DNA of 63,218 nt, counting the filler, from Basidiobolus ranarum (Eukaryota): the NCBI GenBank assembly GCA_040143965.1. It is 13 parts of 13 records of this genome, joined end to end, with 100 filler letters (N's around TTAATTAATTAA, not from the genome) between each part and the next. Parts side by side here need not be neighbours in the genome. Positions count along the whole stretch, not along the records: positions 48,750 to 53,512 come from JASJQH010001840.1; positions 53,613 to 58,369 come from JASJQH010001841.1; positions 58,470 to 63,218 come from JASJQH010001842.1; 10 more parts are not named here. One strand, written 5' to 3'. Shown piece by piece: positions 51,096 through 63,218 of the stretch. The stretch's first letter is position 1. The number at the start of each line of letters is the position of its first letter. The notes under the pieces were generated by a model that saw only the letters and a program-made list of their open reading frames with translations, was not told the origin of the DNA and did no database searches. The translations under genes and the position numbers were made by a program.

Positions 51096-53512
51096 ATGGA
51101 AGACTTGAGTGATTTGGTTTGGAGTACAGTCACTACAACTTCTAACGGTCGAAGCAGCCCTTTACCTTCTAGCAACAATGGCAGTAATAATGCAGGAGGC
51201 CCAAACCCATTTAGTTCCAACTCGCAATATAACTCACCACAAAAGCCTATTTCGACCTTTGGCTCTTACCGACAAAATACCCTGAATGCCCCCAACAGCC
51301 CTCTTTTATCGGGTTCTCCGAGGAATTACTCCTCTGGCAATACTCTCTCGCACAAAGTCTCACTCAATAAAATGACTAGTGATCCCTTTGAGAGTCTCGT
51401 AAATCTTGGTGCATTAACGAAAAAAACCAGTACAGCCAATCTTTCTCTTGAAGAACAGCGTAAAATCAAACTCGAAAGTCAAAAAAACCATGCTCTACTT
51501 TCAAACGCTGGAAGAAGTGCTTCTCCTGCAGACAAGCAATTTTGGGAGCAATTAGACACCAGAACTCCTAACGTGCCTCCTAAATCTGTACCATTAACAC
51601 CATCTCGCTCTTTTTCACCCTCAATAGGTAATATGAGTCCTGCTGACAATAGGCAACAAAAGCAAAATACAATGGATCCGTTTGATGAACTACTTGAGTC
51701 AACCTTAACTGGCGGTAATAACGCAAACATCTTTCCACCAAAGCTAAACTCTCCTTTTGTGTAAGTAAAATATATGTTGAATTCGAGGTAGTATTTAGAC
51801 TAATGAGAAATCGAATAATTTAGGAACTCAAAACCTTTAAATACCGAATCATTTTCGCTTCCTGTTGACTCTTGGAATCTTGACTTTCTTGAGCAGGATA
51901 GTAATATGACTAAAGGCTCTTCTAATGTAACTGTTTTGATATTAGTTTTTATGATTTGTATTTCATCTAATAGAGGTCTGAACCTAATCTAGTCTTTAAT
52001 GGATGATGATCCATTCGGTCTTGGAGCTTTCACCGGACCTTCAATGACATCCTCTACTTCTTCGAAAGTAGAAAAGCCAACATTCTCAAAACGAAATTCC
52101 AATCCTTTGGGTATTTTGGCCTCTCCAATTCCACGTAAAATTGAGCAAAGCGAGGAGTCTTCGGATAGTGAGGAATTCATAGAGGAGGTAATAGTTAATT
52201 CAGAAACCAGCTTCGATTGTTATTCACGTTGAGATATGGATTAGTGGCTAATAATTTTTGATATCTTAGTCAGGGATATTTAACAACAGAGATGATCATT
52301 TTTCTCCAGTAGATTCTGATTTGGACCGTCTTATTGCCAAGGTAATGAATATGGGCTTTGATTATGAGCAAGCACGCTCAGCCCTTGAGATCTCTGGTAA
52401 CGACTTCCAGACTGCCATCGAGATTCTTGTTGAGAATCAAAATGCTGAAGATAGGTTTGCTTATCACAAGCAACAGCATCCACCCAGATTACCCAGGAGA
52501 TCACATATATCACGTAATAGCTCTGACGAAGAAGATTATAGGCAACAGACTCCCGCTTGGAAATCCGAAAAATCACAATATATCAGTCCAAGAAATAATG
52601 GACAACGTCGAGAGTCTGGGGAAAAGCTTGGATCTGATATGGCAAGTTTTCAAGTCCGTAAAGAAAAATTCATTTCAAATGCTAGCACTGTGGGGGCTTC
52701 GGTTTTAAGCAAAGCCAATGTATTTGTGAAGCAAGCATCGGAGAAGATTAGAGAGAGTATAGATGATATTCAGCAACGAAGGGAAAATTTGCAGAAAGAA
52801 GATAATGTGTCAAGGAGATCAGGTAGGCCACGTTGGTTACAAAACTCCTCTGATAATAACAGTTCCAATGAGGATAGATACCCAAGTTCATATCACAGAT
52901 ACAAAGAAGAATTTTTGAATGACAAAGTTAGAAGCCCTTTTTCTTCTCCGAAGCAAGATAAACCTTCGATGGAATCCTACTATACAATTCGCAGAGCTCA
53001 ATCTCAGGATTCGTTAAGATACCGTCGTGCACCACCACCCAGACCCCCAATTTCTCTCAAAAGTCGAGTATCATACAAGCCTCCAGTCACTCCCAAATCT
53101 CCCCGGCTTACACGTCCACCTAGATATGTTGTCTCTGCCACCCCTGAGCAGCTTCAACTCAGCGAAAGACAAAAGACTGCAGGAACAGACAAATTTAAGC
53201 TTGGGCAGTTTGGAGATGCTGAAGAGCTATATAGTAAAGCTATCTCTACTCTCCCACCAAACCACGATAACGTGATATTGCTCTATAACAACCTAGCTGC
53301 CTCTAGAATCAAGGTTTGAGACTACAATGGAGTAATCAGCGATTGTGATAAGATAGTGGAGCTAATCCGGGACGATTATTTATACTCATCATCTAATGAC
53401 CCATTTAATTTTAAAGATCAATTAATTAAAGCAATCACGCGACGTGCTTCCGCTTATGAGGCCAAAGAGAAATATGAAGCAGCAGAAAAAGACTTCCACA
53501 AAATTATCTCCA
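51096..53512 (+). CDS. SWA2: Auxilin-like clathrin-uncoating factor (UBA + TPR; J domain would lie beyond contig end), with one in-frame TGA
   Basis: MEDLSDLVWS N-terminus; DPF motifs; UBA (IAKVMNMGFDYEQARSALEISGNDFQTAIEILV); TPRs (GTDKFKLGQFGDAEELYSKAI, LYNNLAASRIK, KAITRRASAYEAKEKYEAAEKDF). TGA at 53317-53319. Confidence 0.8.
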
Positions 53513-53612
53513 NNNNNNNNNNNNNNNNNNNNNNNNNNNNNNNNNNNNNNNNNNNNTTAATTAATTAANNNNNNNNNNNNNNNNNNNNNNNNNNNNNNNN
53601 NNNNNNNNNNNN

Positions 53613-53969
53613 GGTGGTAATGGCGGTGGTGCTGGAGGATACGACTCTGGTAATGGCTCCGGTGGCAACGGAGGAGGCAACGGTGGTGGCAATGGAGGAA
53701 GCGGTGGTAATGGAAGTGGTGCTGGAGGATATGACTCTGGAAATGGCGCTGGTGGTAACGGCGGTGATAATGGAGGCAACGGTGGCAATGGAGGCGGAGC
53801 TGGAGGATACGATTCTGGTAACGGCTCCGGTGGCAACGGAGGAGGCAACGGGGGGGACAATGGAGGCAACGGCGGTGGAAATGGTGGTGGAGCTGGTGCT
53901 TATGACACCACGGACCACAGTGGCGATGGAGGAGTTGCAGCTCTCTATAAAAGATTCTTTGGTCGTTAA
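53613..53969 (+). CDS. C-terminus of a Gly/Asn-rich repeat protein (missed by the ORF track)
   Basis: Open frame from contig start: GGNGGGAGGYDSGNGSGGNGGG... The GAGGYDSGNG unit occurs x3 plus one variant, ending HSGDGGVAALYKRFFGR*. Third positions of Gly codons vary synonymously; AATAAA lies ~65 nt downstream. Confidence 0.75.
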   Translation, partial: GGNGGGAGGYDSGNGSGGNGGGNGGGNGGSGGNGSGAGGYDSGNGAGGNGGDNGGNGGNGGGAGGYDSGNGSGGNGGGNGGDNGGNGGGNGGGAGAYDTTDHSGDGGVAALYKRFFGR

Positions 53970-54461
53970 ATGTTAATCGTTCAAATTTCACAAAATATCA
54001 CAATTTATATACACCCTCTATCAATTAAACCTTTAATAAAACCATCGGGTTAGTTCTTTCTACTTTGTTTGCCCATTTAACCATAGAGGAGATTGATAAA
54101 TAATTTTTGGTCATTGCATAGCTTAGTACTTATCGAACAAGGTGAGAAAAATTTGTGCATTATACATGATGCTAGTTTCACCACCATTTTAACAGAAGTT
54201 CTCGGTACAAGGTACTCTTCTCTACCGGTGTCGATAGAAAGATACAAACTTCAGCGATAAACATCATAACAGGAATCAAGTTAACTATTAGATTTTAATT
54301 GATTTATTTAGGTGATCGGGGTTCAAGGTATTAACATGGTTGTTACTTTATGAATTATTACATCTTGAGTAAATGAAGGTTGTTTACAGTCTTTAAGGTA
54401 AACTGAACTTTATCATTCATTCGGTTAGAGTGGTGGAACATTACTTCATAAGGGCGCTCTG

Positions 54462-54638
54462 CTAGTATTTCAGAATGATATAGAATGCGTGAATTACACC
54501 AGGAATGAAGCCCAGGAGTGTTAATGCAATATTGATTAATAAATCACAATGGCAAGGACCACGTTCCAGTAAAACACCAAGAGGTGGGAAAATAACAGCG
54601 AAGAAGAACTTGAAGATATCGGTACAAGTTAAGGCCAT
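54462..54638 (-). CDS. PMP3: Plasma-membrane proteolipid Pmp3/UPF0057
   Basis: MALTCTDIFKFFFAVIFPPLGVLLERG...DLLINIALTLLGFIPGVIHAFYIILKY, 58 aa. Confidence 0.93.
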   Translation of the reverse strand: MALTCTDIFKFFFAVIFPPLGVLLERGPCHCDLLINIALTLLGFIPGVIHAFYIILKY

Positions 54639-55195
54639 TTTAGATAGATGGAGAGTTAGTACTTCAAACAGAGCTACTTGGATCGTCTTATATCGTTCAT
54701 CTCCTTCCTCAATAGGAAGGCTGGGCATTGTGGAAAATGCAAATAGAACAATGTGAAGGTAACAATTATTTCCTTTTTAATAAAACTTATTAATAGAAGT
54801 AATACAAACGAATTCCGGCATGTATTAGACAGGTTAAGAAGCATACTTGACGATCCAAACAAATAATATTACATCAATTGAATACCCCGGAATGTCATGG
54901 GACACGATTGGGCTATGCTTCAGGTGTTACGTAATTAAGAAATCATTTGGAAATCATTTGGATTAATGACTTTGAGAAAAGGGATGATTGCAGCCAAGTT
55001 AGTGGACAAGTACTTTGAAAGGAAATAGACAATTGCAGTTGATCGGAGTTGATTGAGGTTAATCGAAGCAGATTAAAACATATCACTCAATAAACTTCAT
55101 TGATGCTTTATTAAGACTGAGATGCAGTGGAAGAAAGAGAAGGAAAGAATCGTCAAGTAACATATATTAGTAGAGATGGTTGGAACAGAGAGTGA

Positions 55196-58100
55196 TTAAT
55201 CGTTGCTTAATTCATTTTGAATTTGGCGATGAATAAAGCACAAGTAATCTACATATGACATATTATCGTTGTTTTTGTCTTCCACCAAAAGATTGGCAAA
55301 CTCGAGCTCAACCTGATCCATAGATTGACGTACAATTTGAAGCACCGGGTATCTGACACGGCCCTTCTGAAGATGATCGACCAAGGCCCGGATTCGCTTG
55401 GACATAGGGTTATCCAACTCAGGAATAGTGCGAATCCTTGGATCAAGTTCCTGCAACGAAGCCACTCCAAACACATTTTGGAGGAACTCTGAGGAGACTT
55501 GCTTACCAATCCAAAACATCAATGTTTGCGTATTCTCAAGCAAGTAAGCGCCATGTGCTTCGAGGCGAGTGTAAGAGTCTCTAATCATAGGTGGATACTT
55601 GAAAACCCCATTTTCATCTTCACAAGCTACGTCTTCAGTGAGGGTGTGAACTGGGAACAATCGAGGATAAAAGAAGGCGATCGATTGGGAAACACCGATG
55701 CTTTTGAGCAAACGCATACAAGCAACTCGTGAGTCAACAGAGACATCTATACCATTCCTTAGCGCTTTCGACTTGAGTACAGTCAATGCATTTAGAGGGA
55801 AGAGTTTGAGAGCTTCAGGTAGGATCAATTGACCCGGGGAAGTAGCCGAAGCACAGTGTTTGCGATAGGCACCAAGAATTTGGTAGCATTGTTCTGTCAG
55901 TTTGTCACGAACAGCCTTCAGTGGTGTGTTGAGTGCCTGTGTGACAGCATCCTTAACCATAAGGTTGAGTGTAGCATCCATCTCAGCATATCTAAACATA
56001 TTGCCCATCAAAGTAGTTACTGGCACACTCAAGTTGTGAAGACGAATTCTTCTTTGTCCCCCAACTGTGGTGTACAACAGAGCGCATTGGAAAGTAGCAT
56101 CTAGCTTCTCGTCGACCTTGGAGTCATGCTTAATCACAGCTCCGATTGCTTTGTCGCTATCAATCCCACCGAATTCAACATCAGTAGCGTTTCTCATGTA
56201 GAAGTTTCCAAAGTGATCGTCTACGCTCAAGCCATTAGAACATCTAATTCTCAACACACCATTGAACCCAAATTGGCGGGTGACGTTGTGCTGAAGCTCT
56301 TGATTGAACTTGAAGCCGTCTTTCTGAGCATCAAAGTTAGGGTAATGATGAATATCCCCTCCAGTAAGAGCCGGCAATGTACCAATGGTAGCAACATCAA
56401 CATAAGAGTTTGTAAATAAGAACATATCAACGCTAATTCCTGACTCAACAAACTGAGCCCCTAGATCCTTGTAGAATGCGTCTTGTGGCGAGAAAAGGGC
56501 CTTCTCTTTGTCAGTGCCCACCAGTTTGACATCGTCTCTGCTCTTCAATGGACCTGGTCCAAATGTTGGCAAGCAAGTGTGGAAAGCAAATACTTTTCCA
56601 CCCAAGTCTTTCAATGCCATGTAGGCCGATTGCATGGCAGCACCAAGTACCGGTTCTACAATTCTATTGTTTCCAAACATGGACGGGAGATTATCCAAGA
56701 GGTCTTCTATGATAGATTGAGATTGATTTGGATCAACCAAAAAGCCTTCATTCAATGGAACAAATGTATCGAACACATCCGAGACAACCATCATTTGAGC
56801 TTGTTCAAGGTTCGAAGAAAGATTGTAGAAGTGAACACTTCTATCGTACGTTACAATACCTACTCTGACTCCTTGCCCGACACCGTTGCCAGAATAAAGA
56901 GCATCTCGAATGGCTTGAGCAGCAGAGTTAAGCATTCCATTTTGAACAGCATTCCAGGATACATCAATTGCAAAGATGAAAGAAGCAGGAACTGGAGGAC
57001 GATTGCAATATTCCTATAGAACAAAGAGCTGATTTAGCATTGCAAGTGGGATGGAGCAAAGAAATTGTGTGCGTCTATACCTTGGTGGCAACAAACTCCA
57101 CGGTACCGCATCTTAGCTCAGGTCTCATATCAATATCCAAACGGCGTCCATTCATATCAAGATTGCAGAAGTAAGTGTCGGGAACTTCATAGTAATTTAC
57201 AATGAGAAGGCTAGATGTTAGACACCTATTCGTGGTCATTCATTAAATACATGTCACTCTATGTGTACCTTCGTTTTCATGCTGACACAGATTACAGACG
57301 AACTTTCTTCCACCATCGGTAAATGTAACGAATGGGTTGATGTAGCCTTGGCACCTATTACATCTAATGGGCCCAGCTTCACCAAAATCAACTACCTCAA
57401 CAGGAGCCTATGAAAAACAAATTAGTTCAGCATTGTGACTAGAGCGTAAACTACAACTTCATTCAATTATAAAGACCTCATCGTGACGCAACTCAGCCAA
57501 CGGTTGGATGACCATTCCCAAAGGCAAATGAGAGCTCTTCAAAAGATCGTGAGATGCTGGGATATTATACATAGTCATACGCATGAACCTAGGGTTGGAG
57601 CAGCCTACATTACCGTCATGAGTGACTCGATAAAACCATTCGAATAATATGGAATCTTGTTCACTTACCTTCATCAATGGCTTTGAAATTTGTACTAGCT
57701 AACGGAACACCTGCTCTAGAGAAAGTCATGTAAGGACTATCGGTGAAATTGGCCTGATTCTGCTCTTGAACGGCGATAGGAGAGGGAATCTGGTCAGGAT
57801 CGAGACGATTCCGAGGAGGGTTATCCATGACGGGACGTCCAACGCCAGGTTGGCCAGGAGCTGGTGGGCGAACACCGGTCTGATGGATAGGCTGTTGGAA
57901 TTGCGACTGAGGCATAGAAGGATAACCTGTCATTGCAGGTTGTGGTTGATGTTGTTCTATTGGGCTATAGAGTGTAGGCTGTCCGTTCTGCATGTTGGTA
58001 GGAGGGATAGGTCCTTGAGCATCGTTATTGTTGTAGTGACCAGAAGGATCCACGGGTCTTCCATCCGGGCCTAAGAAGACACGTTTGGGTTTTATATGGC

Positions 58101-58258
58101 GTTGACCGTTGGTGGGCTGAGTTGAGACCAGTGATTAATATATATCAGTTAGCAAACACACATTCTAGATAACCTTTACTTACCTCAGACACTAAATTCT
58201 GCTGCAAGTTCAAATTAGACAATTTGTTGACAAGATCATCGTTATTGTTAGGAGGCAT
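55196..58258 (-). CDS. SEC24: COPII coat Sec24 family protein (SEC24C/D-Sfb3 type), multi-exon
   Basis: Pro/Gln-rich N-terminus, RLDPDQIPSP, NPRFMRMTMYNIP, zinc finger CNRC..CNLC, trunk domain, LLYTTVGGQRRIRLHN, GQLILPEALKLFPL, LVEDK..MSYVDYLCFIHRQI. Start codon tentative. Confidence 0.93.
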
Positions 58259-58469
58259 CTGTAACTTCTGTTCGCATAGCTACTGTTTCTACTGCTGTTC
58301 CTTCGATTCGCTGAAATAGACTGTGCGTGACACTTCTGCAGCTTCGCATTCGACGAAACACTCAAGACGNNNNNNNNNNNNNNNNNNNNNNNNNNNNNNN
58401 NNNNNNNNNNNNNTTAATTAATTAANNNNNNNNNNNNNNNNNNNNNNNNNNNNNNNNNNNNNNNNNNNN

Positions 58470-59000
58470 TATAAGTCACCATATACTCTTAAGAATAAAG
58501 TAACTAAAACGCACTATCCTAAGTTGCTTCTAATACTCAAAGTCTAACCCCACTATGTCAAGATCCTCCAACAAGATGAAAAGCACTGGTTCTTCTAGTT
58601 CTCCTAACCACTTCCAATAGCTCCCAAAATACTTCAACAAATGGTACTGTTTCTAAATGTCATATGGAATCAGGCTTCACACTAAGCTGTACATCACTAA
58701 ATCAATTGACAAAATAGCAACTTTTTTGTAGATGAAATCAGAAAAGTAAATACTTGGAATCAGCAAAGTTCATAAACTAGGTATACTTCTGTATTGCAAT
58801 AAAGGAATGATGAACACAAGGGAATTGTACTGTAATGCTCTCCATCTTCTAAAAAGACATCCAATTAATATATTCCCATTGATAAGGTGCCTGTTATATG
58901 AAGAACTTCAACTGAAAGTAGTGTTCAAAAATTGATTCACAAATTATATATCTAACATACGAGATAGCTTGTCTCTTGCAAATATGCCTCTAACATCCAT
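58470..59000 (-). mobile_element. Highly eroded repeat, probably copia-derived; 58475-58568 is repeated at 62956-63045
   Basis: CpG-poor; ~90-bp direct repeat CTTAAGAATAAAGTAACTA...TATGTCAAGATCCTC; weak RT-like residue. Confidence 0.4.
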
Positions 59001-59935
59001 GCTACAATGAAACTTAAAAACCCTACTAATTATCCTCGATTCATATATGATTCGCTACTTGGTTTAGCAGGGACTTGGATATTAAAAACGTTTACACTCT
59101 GTGATTGAAATCCACTGAAATCGCAAACAGCTAAGAGTCCAAATCAGATTAAACCAAGTAGCGAGCACCCGGTTGTTATTAATCCTGGCAGGTTCTATGT
59201 TGCTGCCATCAACTGGCATCAACTGGTAGCAACATTGAGAAACATAACCACTAATTGGTCATAGCGGCCCTATTTCAATCTCTAACATTGTGTAGCTAGT
59301 TTGTAAGGCATATCTGACACGTCTCAATGTCATCTTCTAAACGCGTAGATGAAGATTGAAAAGTTATATGGTGGTATCATGTGAGTGAAAGAAACCTGTT
59401 CCGAGGAATGAAACTCCAAAAGTAAAAGCCTACATCGTGGTGCTTAATATTAACTGAATATAGCGTAACAGACTGACTGACAATACAAATACTGTTAATC
59501 AACATGATTCATTACGTGACGCTCTGTCCGATCAGTTTCCATTTTAGGCCAACTGAATTCGAAAATTATGTGGCTAATTTTAACTTGGTTCGAAAGTTAA
59601 GTACAAAATCATAAAACTTACTGTGTAATTTAGTACAAATTCTAAATGAAATCGAGTGATAAGCATGATAGCCAGTGCTAAATCCTTGACTTTCGAGATA
59701 TATTTTGCGATGCCTGCTACGCTTTACTGAGAGCTATCGTGGCATTTCCCCTTCCGCTGAGTTACCAATGAAATAGACAGCCAGACATCAACTGATCAAT
59801 CTCTAAATTTCATTTATTGTCAACATATAAGCAGGGCTCCAATTTCATTAGTGAACATTGATGAATAGACGGATTCCGAACAAAACTATTTCTGAGAACG
59901 ACTAGCGTATCAGGGCGAATATCGGAGCTGTACTT

Positions 59936-61032
59936 CTAATTGCAACCCGCTCCAAATGGAATATCCCAATATTTACGATGAGCTGCTACACTCGGTATGA
60001 TCTTTCCAGAATTACAATTAGAATCATCAGCCATGTTACCGTTGACGATGTCGTGGCAATTCAAAGTGGATTCCTTGTCATCGATCCAGATTTCATGGGC
60101 TGTGTGAAGGAAGTCCATGATTTGAGGAGGCACTCTAGGTACAATGTCATTTTTGTTGGTAACCCGGCCCAGTCTTTTTAAGTCATTGCTTCCATTGGCA
60201 ATTGTTCTATATGTTAAGTTTGCAAAAGCTGCGTTACCAACTCTAGGTGACCCATAATTGAATAAGCGAATTTTGTCCACATCAATAATGCCAAGTAATG
60301 AAGTATCGAAACACTTTTTGTCGTAGGGATTAAGATAAATCCTCTTGATATCCATAGCTGCCAATGTAGCAATGGCTGCACCCTAAAGAATAGTAGTTAA
60401 GAAAGGTGTTTCTCTCCGAGTAGATCAAATAGTTTAATGCGATCTTACCAAAGAGTGGCCCGTAACAATTAATTCATAATCGGAAGAGTCTTTGCCAATT
60501 AAAGAGAGCGTCCTTGCCAACCCTTCTCTTACCTGCGGTTCAATACTAGCATATATTCTGTAAAAGCCGCTGTGAACCCTAGCTTCTGGAGGGGCATTAG
60601 GGTACACAAATGTCCTAGGGAAGAAGTCAAAGTCCAAAATCCAATTTTCAAGGTTTGCAGTTCTAAAGCTAAAGTATAAGTATATGACATTACTCAAAGG
60701 AATAATGTTTAACCAACTCACCCTCTAAAGCTTACCACAATCTTTTTATCCTGTTGACTATATCCAATAAACCCACCCGTTTCGGTTCGGTTACTCTCAA
60801 TATAAGTTGTGACTTGGAGATCACCAACGCATCGATCTCCGCAAGACCAACTAGTAACTTGATCTTTCAGACAGTAAGCAGCTGAAGCGTATCTAGCTGA
60901 GGTTTTCAGCAAAGATAATACAGAGTCATCAACTGGGATATAGGGGCCGATGGTCTTTCTCGAGAAAAGATTGCCCAGAGAAAAGGAGGCTGCATAGCCG
61001 AAGAATAAAAGGAAGCAACTCTTTGAAAGCAT
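59936..61032 (-). CDS. Secreted class-3 triacylglycerol lipase, 3 exons
   Basis: Signal peptide; YASAAYC, IVVSFRG|T, VHSGF, VTGHSL|GAAIA nucleophile elbow, YGSPRVGN, RVTNKNDIVPRVPP, AAHRKYW. Confidence 0.92.
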
Positions 61033-61319
61033 TGTATGATGATAGTTCATGAAGTATACTTGCTGTTTATATACACCTGCTCTATGCTGAAACTCGAAGC
61101 CCACGCCCCGTAGGGTTGGGTGGTGGTGAGTGATTACCCTGAAACTTTGCTTTACATCAGTAGTTTAAGTGCCGTTTAGGGAGCGTAGTTGGCTACCATT
61201 GCTGGAGGATCTATCTAGAACATCACTGGCTTATGAAAGAGAGTAGCCTTCCGTATGAAATTTGCATATATTTTGTTGGGTCTCCTCTGAAGAGAATATA
61301 CTGCTCAACTCATAAGACA

Positions 61320-62100
61320 TGAAGAAGCTTGCTAGCTGTGCAGCTCTCTGCAATATGTCGGGTATTCGAAAGAACCAATTGGATTAGTGGGTTACCAGTG
61401 GGAATCCAACTGAGGTCGCACTTCAGGTGTTCGCTCACAAGTTCGCCATGGGAAAGCCGAACTTGGAGGAGCAGAATTATGAACTTCTATTTGAGTATCA
61501 GTTTGACTCATCAATCAAGAGAATGTCGGTCATATATCGGCTCAAAAATTCCGAAAAGTTGATTATGTTCACCAAGGGAGCAACCGAAAGAATCATTTCT
61601 CTCTGTCAAAACATCGAGGGTGACACAGAAATTTTGCAGAAAGTGGATATTTTGGCTTCGAAAGGCTTGGTAAGCTCTCTCTCCATCATGAGTTTGACGT
61701 TCTTACTAACCGGTTTTTAGCATGTCTTAATATTGGCTTATAAGACTCTCAACCTCAACCCAGAGGATGTGCAGAACTCTAGTAGATAGGATTTGGAGAA
61801 AAACCTGATGTCGTGGGACTAGTTGGCATTTATGGTAATTTGAGACTACTCCATCTTATTGTGTGCATTTTGACTCAGCCCTAGTAATATAGATCCTCCA
61901 AGACCCGAGAGTCATTGGGCAGTGCAGGAGGCTTACAGTGCTGGGATCATGGTGCATGTGCTTACCAGTGATTATGAGGAAACAGCAACTGCTATTGCTA
62001 AGGAGGTTGGGATTTCGAAGTCAAGCTTCTCCAATGAAAAGATCAAAAATTCTGTTATCACTGGACCCTGATTTGATTCCATGACTGAAGAGGAAATATC
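61320..62100 (+). pseudogene. ENA-type Na+/K+ P-type ATPase fragment (pseudogene)
   Basis: PTEVALQVFAHKF, EYQFDSSIKRMSVIY, FTKGATERI, DPPRPES, VHVLTSDYEETATAIAKEVGI (TGD decayed). Stops and frameshifts; two introns retained. Confidence 0.82.
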
Positions 62101-62400
62101 TGAAAATCTGCTTAACTGCTACAATCTGACCAGATCTACAATGATATTGGCAAATAACTCCCACAGAATATGGAATATCTGTTCATGTTCCAACCATGAT
62201 ATAAATCAAACTACCAATCATAGATTGATAAGGAAATTTCTGGCTTTCATTTGAATCAAAGAACATCCAATTTAAGCTATTTTGGCCAAGTCAAGATTTG
62301 TCTCCATTGCAAGAGATACTGGATCACATTCTCCCATTTTAAACTTTTTAAGTATATTTAGGATATACATAAACTGGTTTAAAGCTGTTAGATAATTAAT
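62100..62400 (-). mobile_element. copia RT remnant
   Basis: PYQSMIGSLIYIMVGT*TDIPY; FKMGECDPVS. Confidence 0.65.
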
Positions 62401-63079
62401 CTTTATACAACATCTAGTTAAATTTAGTTATGATACATATATCAGAAACAAAAAGCAACATATCTATAGCCCCTATATTATAATCAGAAATATATTTCTA
62501 TCTATATACCAAATATGTCTTGTTGTTAAACTAATTGGGAGCCTGTTGGAAGTGGTTTAGAGAATTAGAGAAATTTATAGTTTTCACTTCTTGATTTATC
62601 AAGTAGAAAGTTTACATTTATAGTTTTGTCAAGATGTAGGCAAACTATTAAGGGAAATGTATTAAGGAAAATTGTAAGAATATAAGCACAAAGTTTGGGG
62701 CTTCTAGCATAAGTTTGCAAAATCTATATATTTGAGAACTTCCAAGTTGGTCAAAATATTCTAAGTAAATTCCAATGGTGAAAAATGGATAATATCTTGA
62801 TGAAATATAAAATAACCAAGTACTAAGCTACATATAACTATATAGGTGCTTAGGCAATGCTAATTTCAAAACTTATTACCCTCGCTTATCATTATATCTC
62901 ATCAAACAAGTTTCTAAATATCTCAAACAATTGATTTACTTCTCTAATATATCAGTCATCACATATCTTAAGAATAAAGTAACTATAACACTAGCATAAG
63001 TTGCCTCTAATATACAAAGTCTATCCCCTTTATGTCAAGATCCTCATACAACAGTAGTTATTTTGGTAATTATATTTAT

Positions 63080-63218
63080 CCCTAACAGAAATTTGAGGAT
63101 TGTTATCATAGGAAAACCATCACAATTTTAATCCATTTGGGATTGACCATTTACTTACCATCATAAAATTGTCAAGTTAGATTTGATTTTAATCAATTTT
63201 TTCAGTTTCAGGAGTGAA
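63080..63218 (+). mobile_element. CMC/EnSpm terminal segment, truncated by window end
   Basis: CCCTAACAGAAATTTGAGGATTG... Confidence 0.75.

Noticed and set aside
53557-53991. Pro-rich, His/Arg-rich, Ser/Thr-rich and Val/Met/Glu-rich ORFs in the track
   Set aside because: Alternative frames of the Gly-codon repeat. Synonymous third-position variation and the downstream AATAAA favour the plus-strand Gly/Asn frame.
55249-57019. Overlapping and antisense ORFs over SEC24 (likewise over NRPS, GH46, Mei2-like, RPS15, SWA2)
   Set aside because: Shadow frames of well-supported genes, with no independent motifs.

Overview
This window is not one locus. It is 13 unlinked contigs of about 4.75-4.79 kb, sorted by decreasing length and joined by 100-nt spacers (44 N + TTAATTAATTAA + 44 N), so nothing should be linked across spacers. 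The sequence is from an AT-rich fungus with many short introns, probably early-diverging. Basidiobolus/Zoopagomycota-like is an inference from the bacterial-type NRPS and GH46, not proven. Host genes: two tandem D-amino-acid oxidases, a terminal NRPS module (A-T-TE), a GT11-like fucosyltransferase, allantoicase, a GH46 chitosanase, NDC80, MON1, a Mei2-type RRM protein, RPS15, SWA2-like, a Gly/Asn-repeat protein, PMP3, SEC24, a class-3 lipase and an ENA-type ATPase pseudogene. About 40% is decayed, CpG-depleted repeat: Ty5/copia-type LTR elements primed by half-tRNAiMet, and a CMC/EnSpm DNA transposon with a divergent accessory ORF. The most striking element is a complete 615-bp non-autonomous LTR retrotransposon (TRIM) at 26263-26877. 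Each of its LTRs carries a 73-nt tRNA-like Pol III module, it has no T4 terminator, and it shares PBS and PPT with the copia family in the window. A possible N-terminal relic of a Fanzor1 gene lies at 19123-19424.
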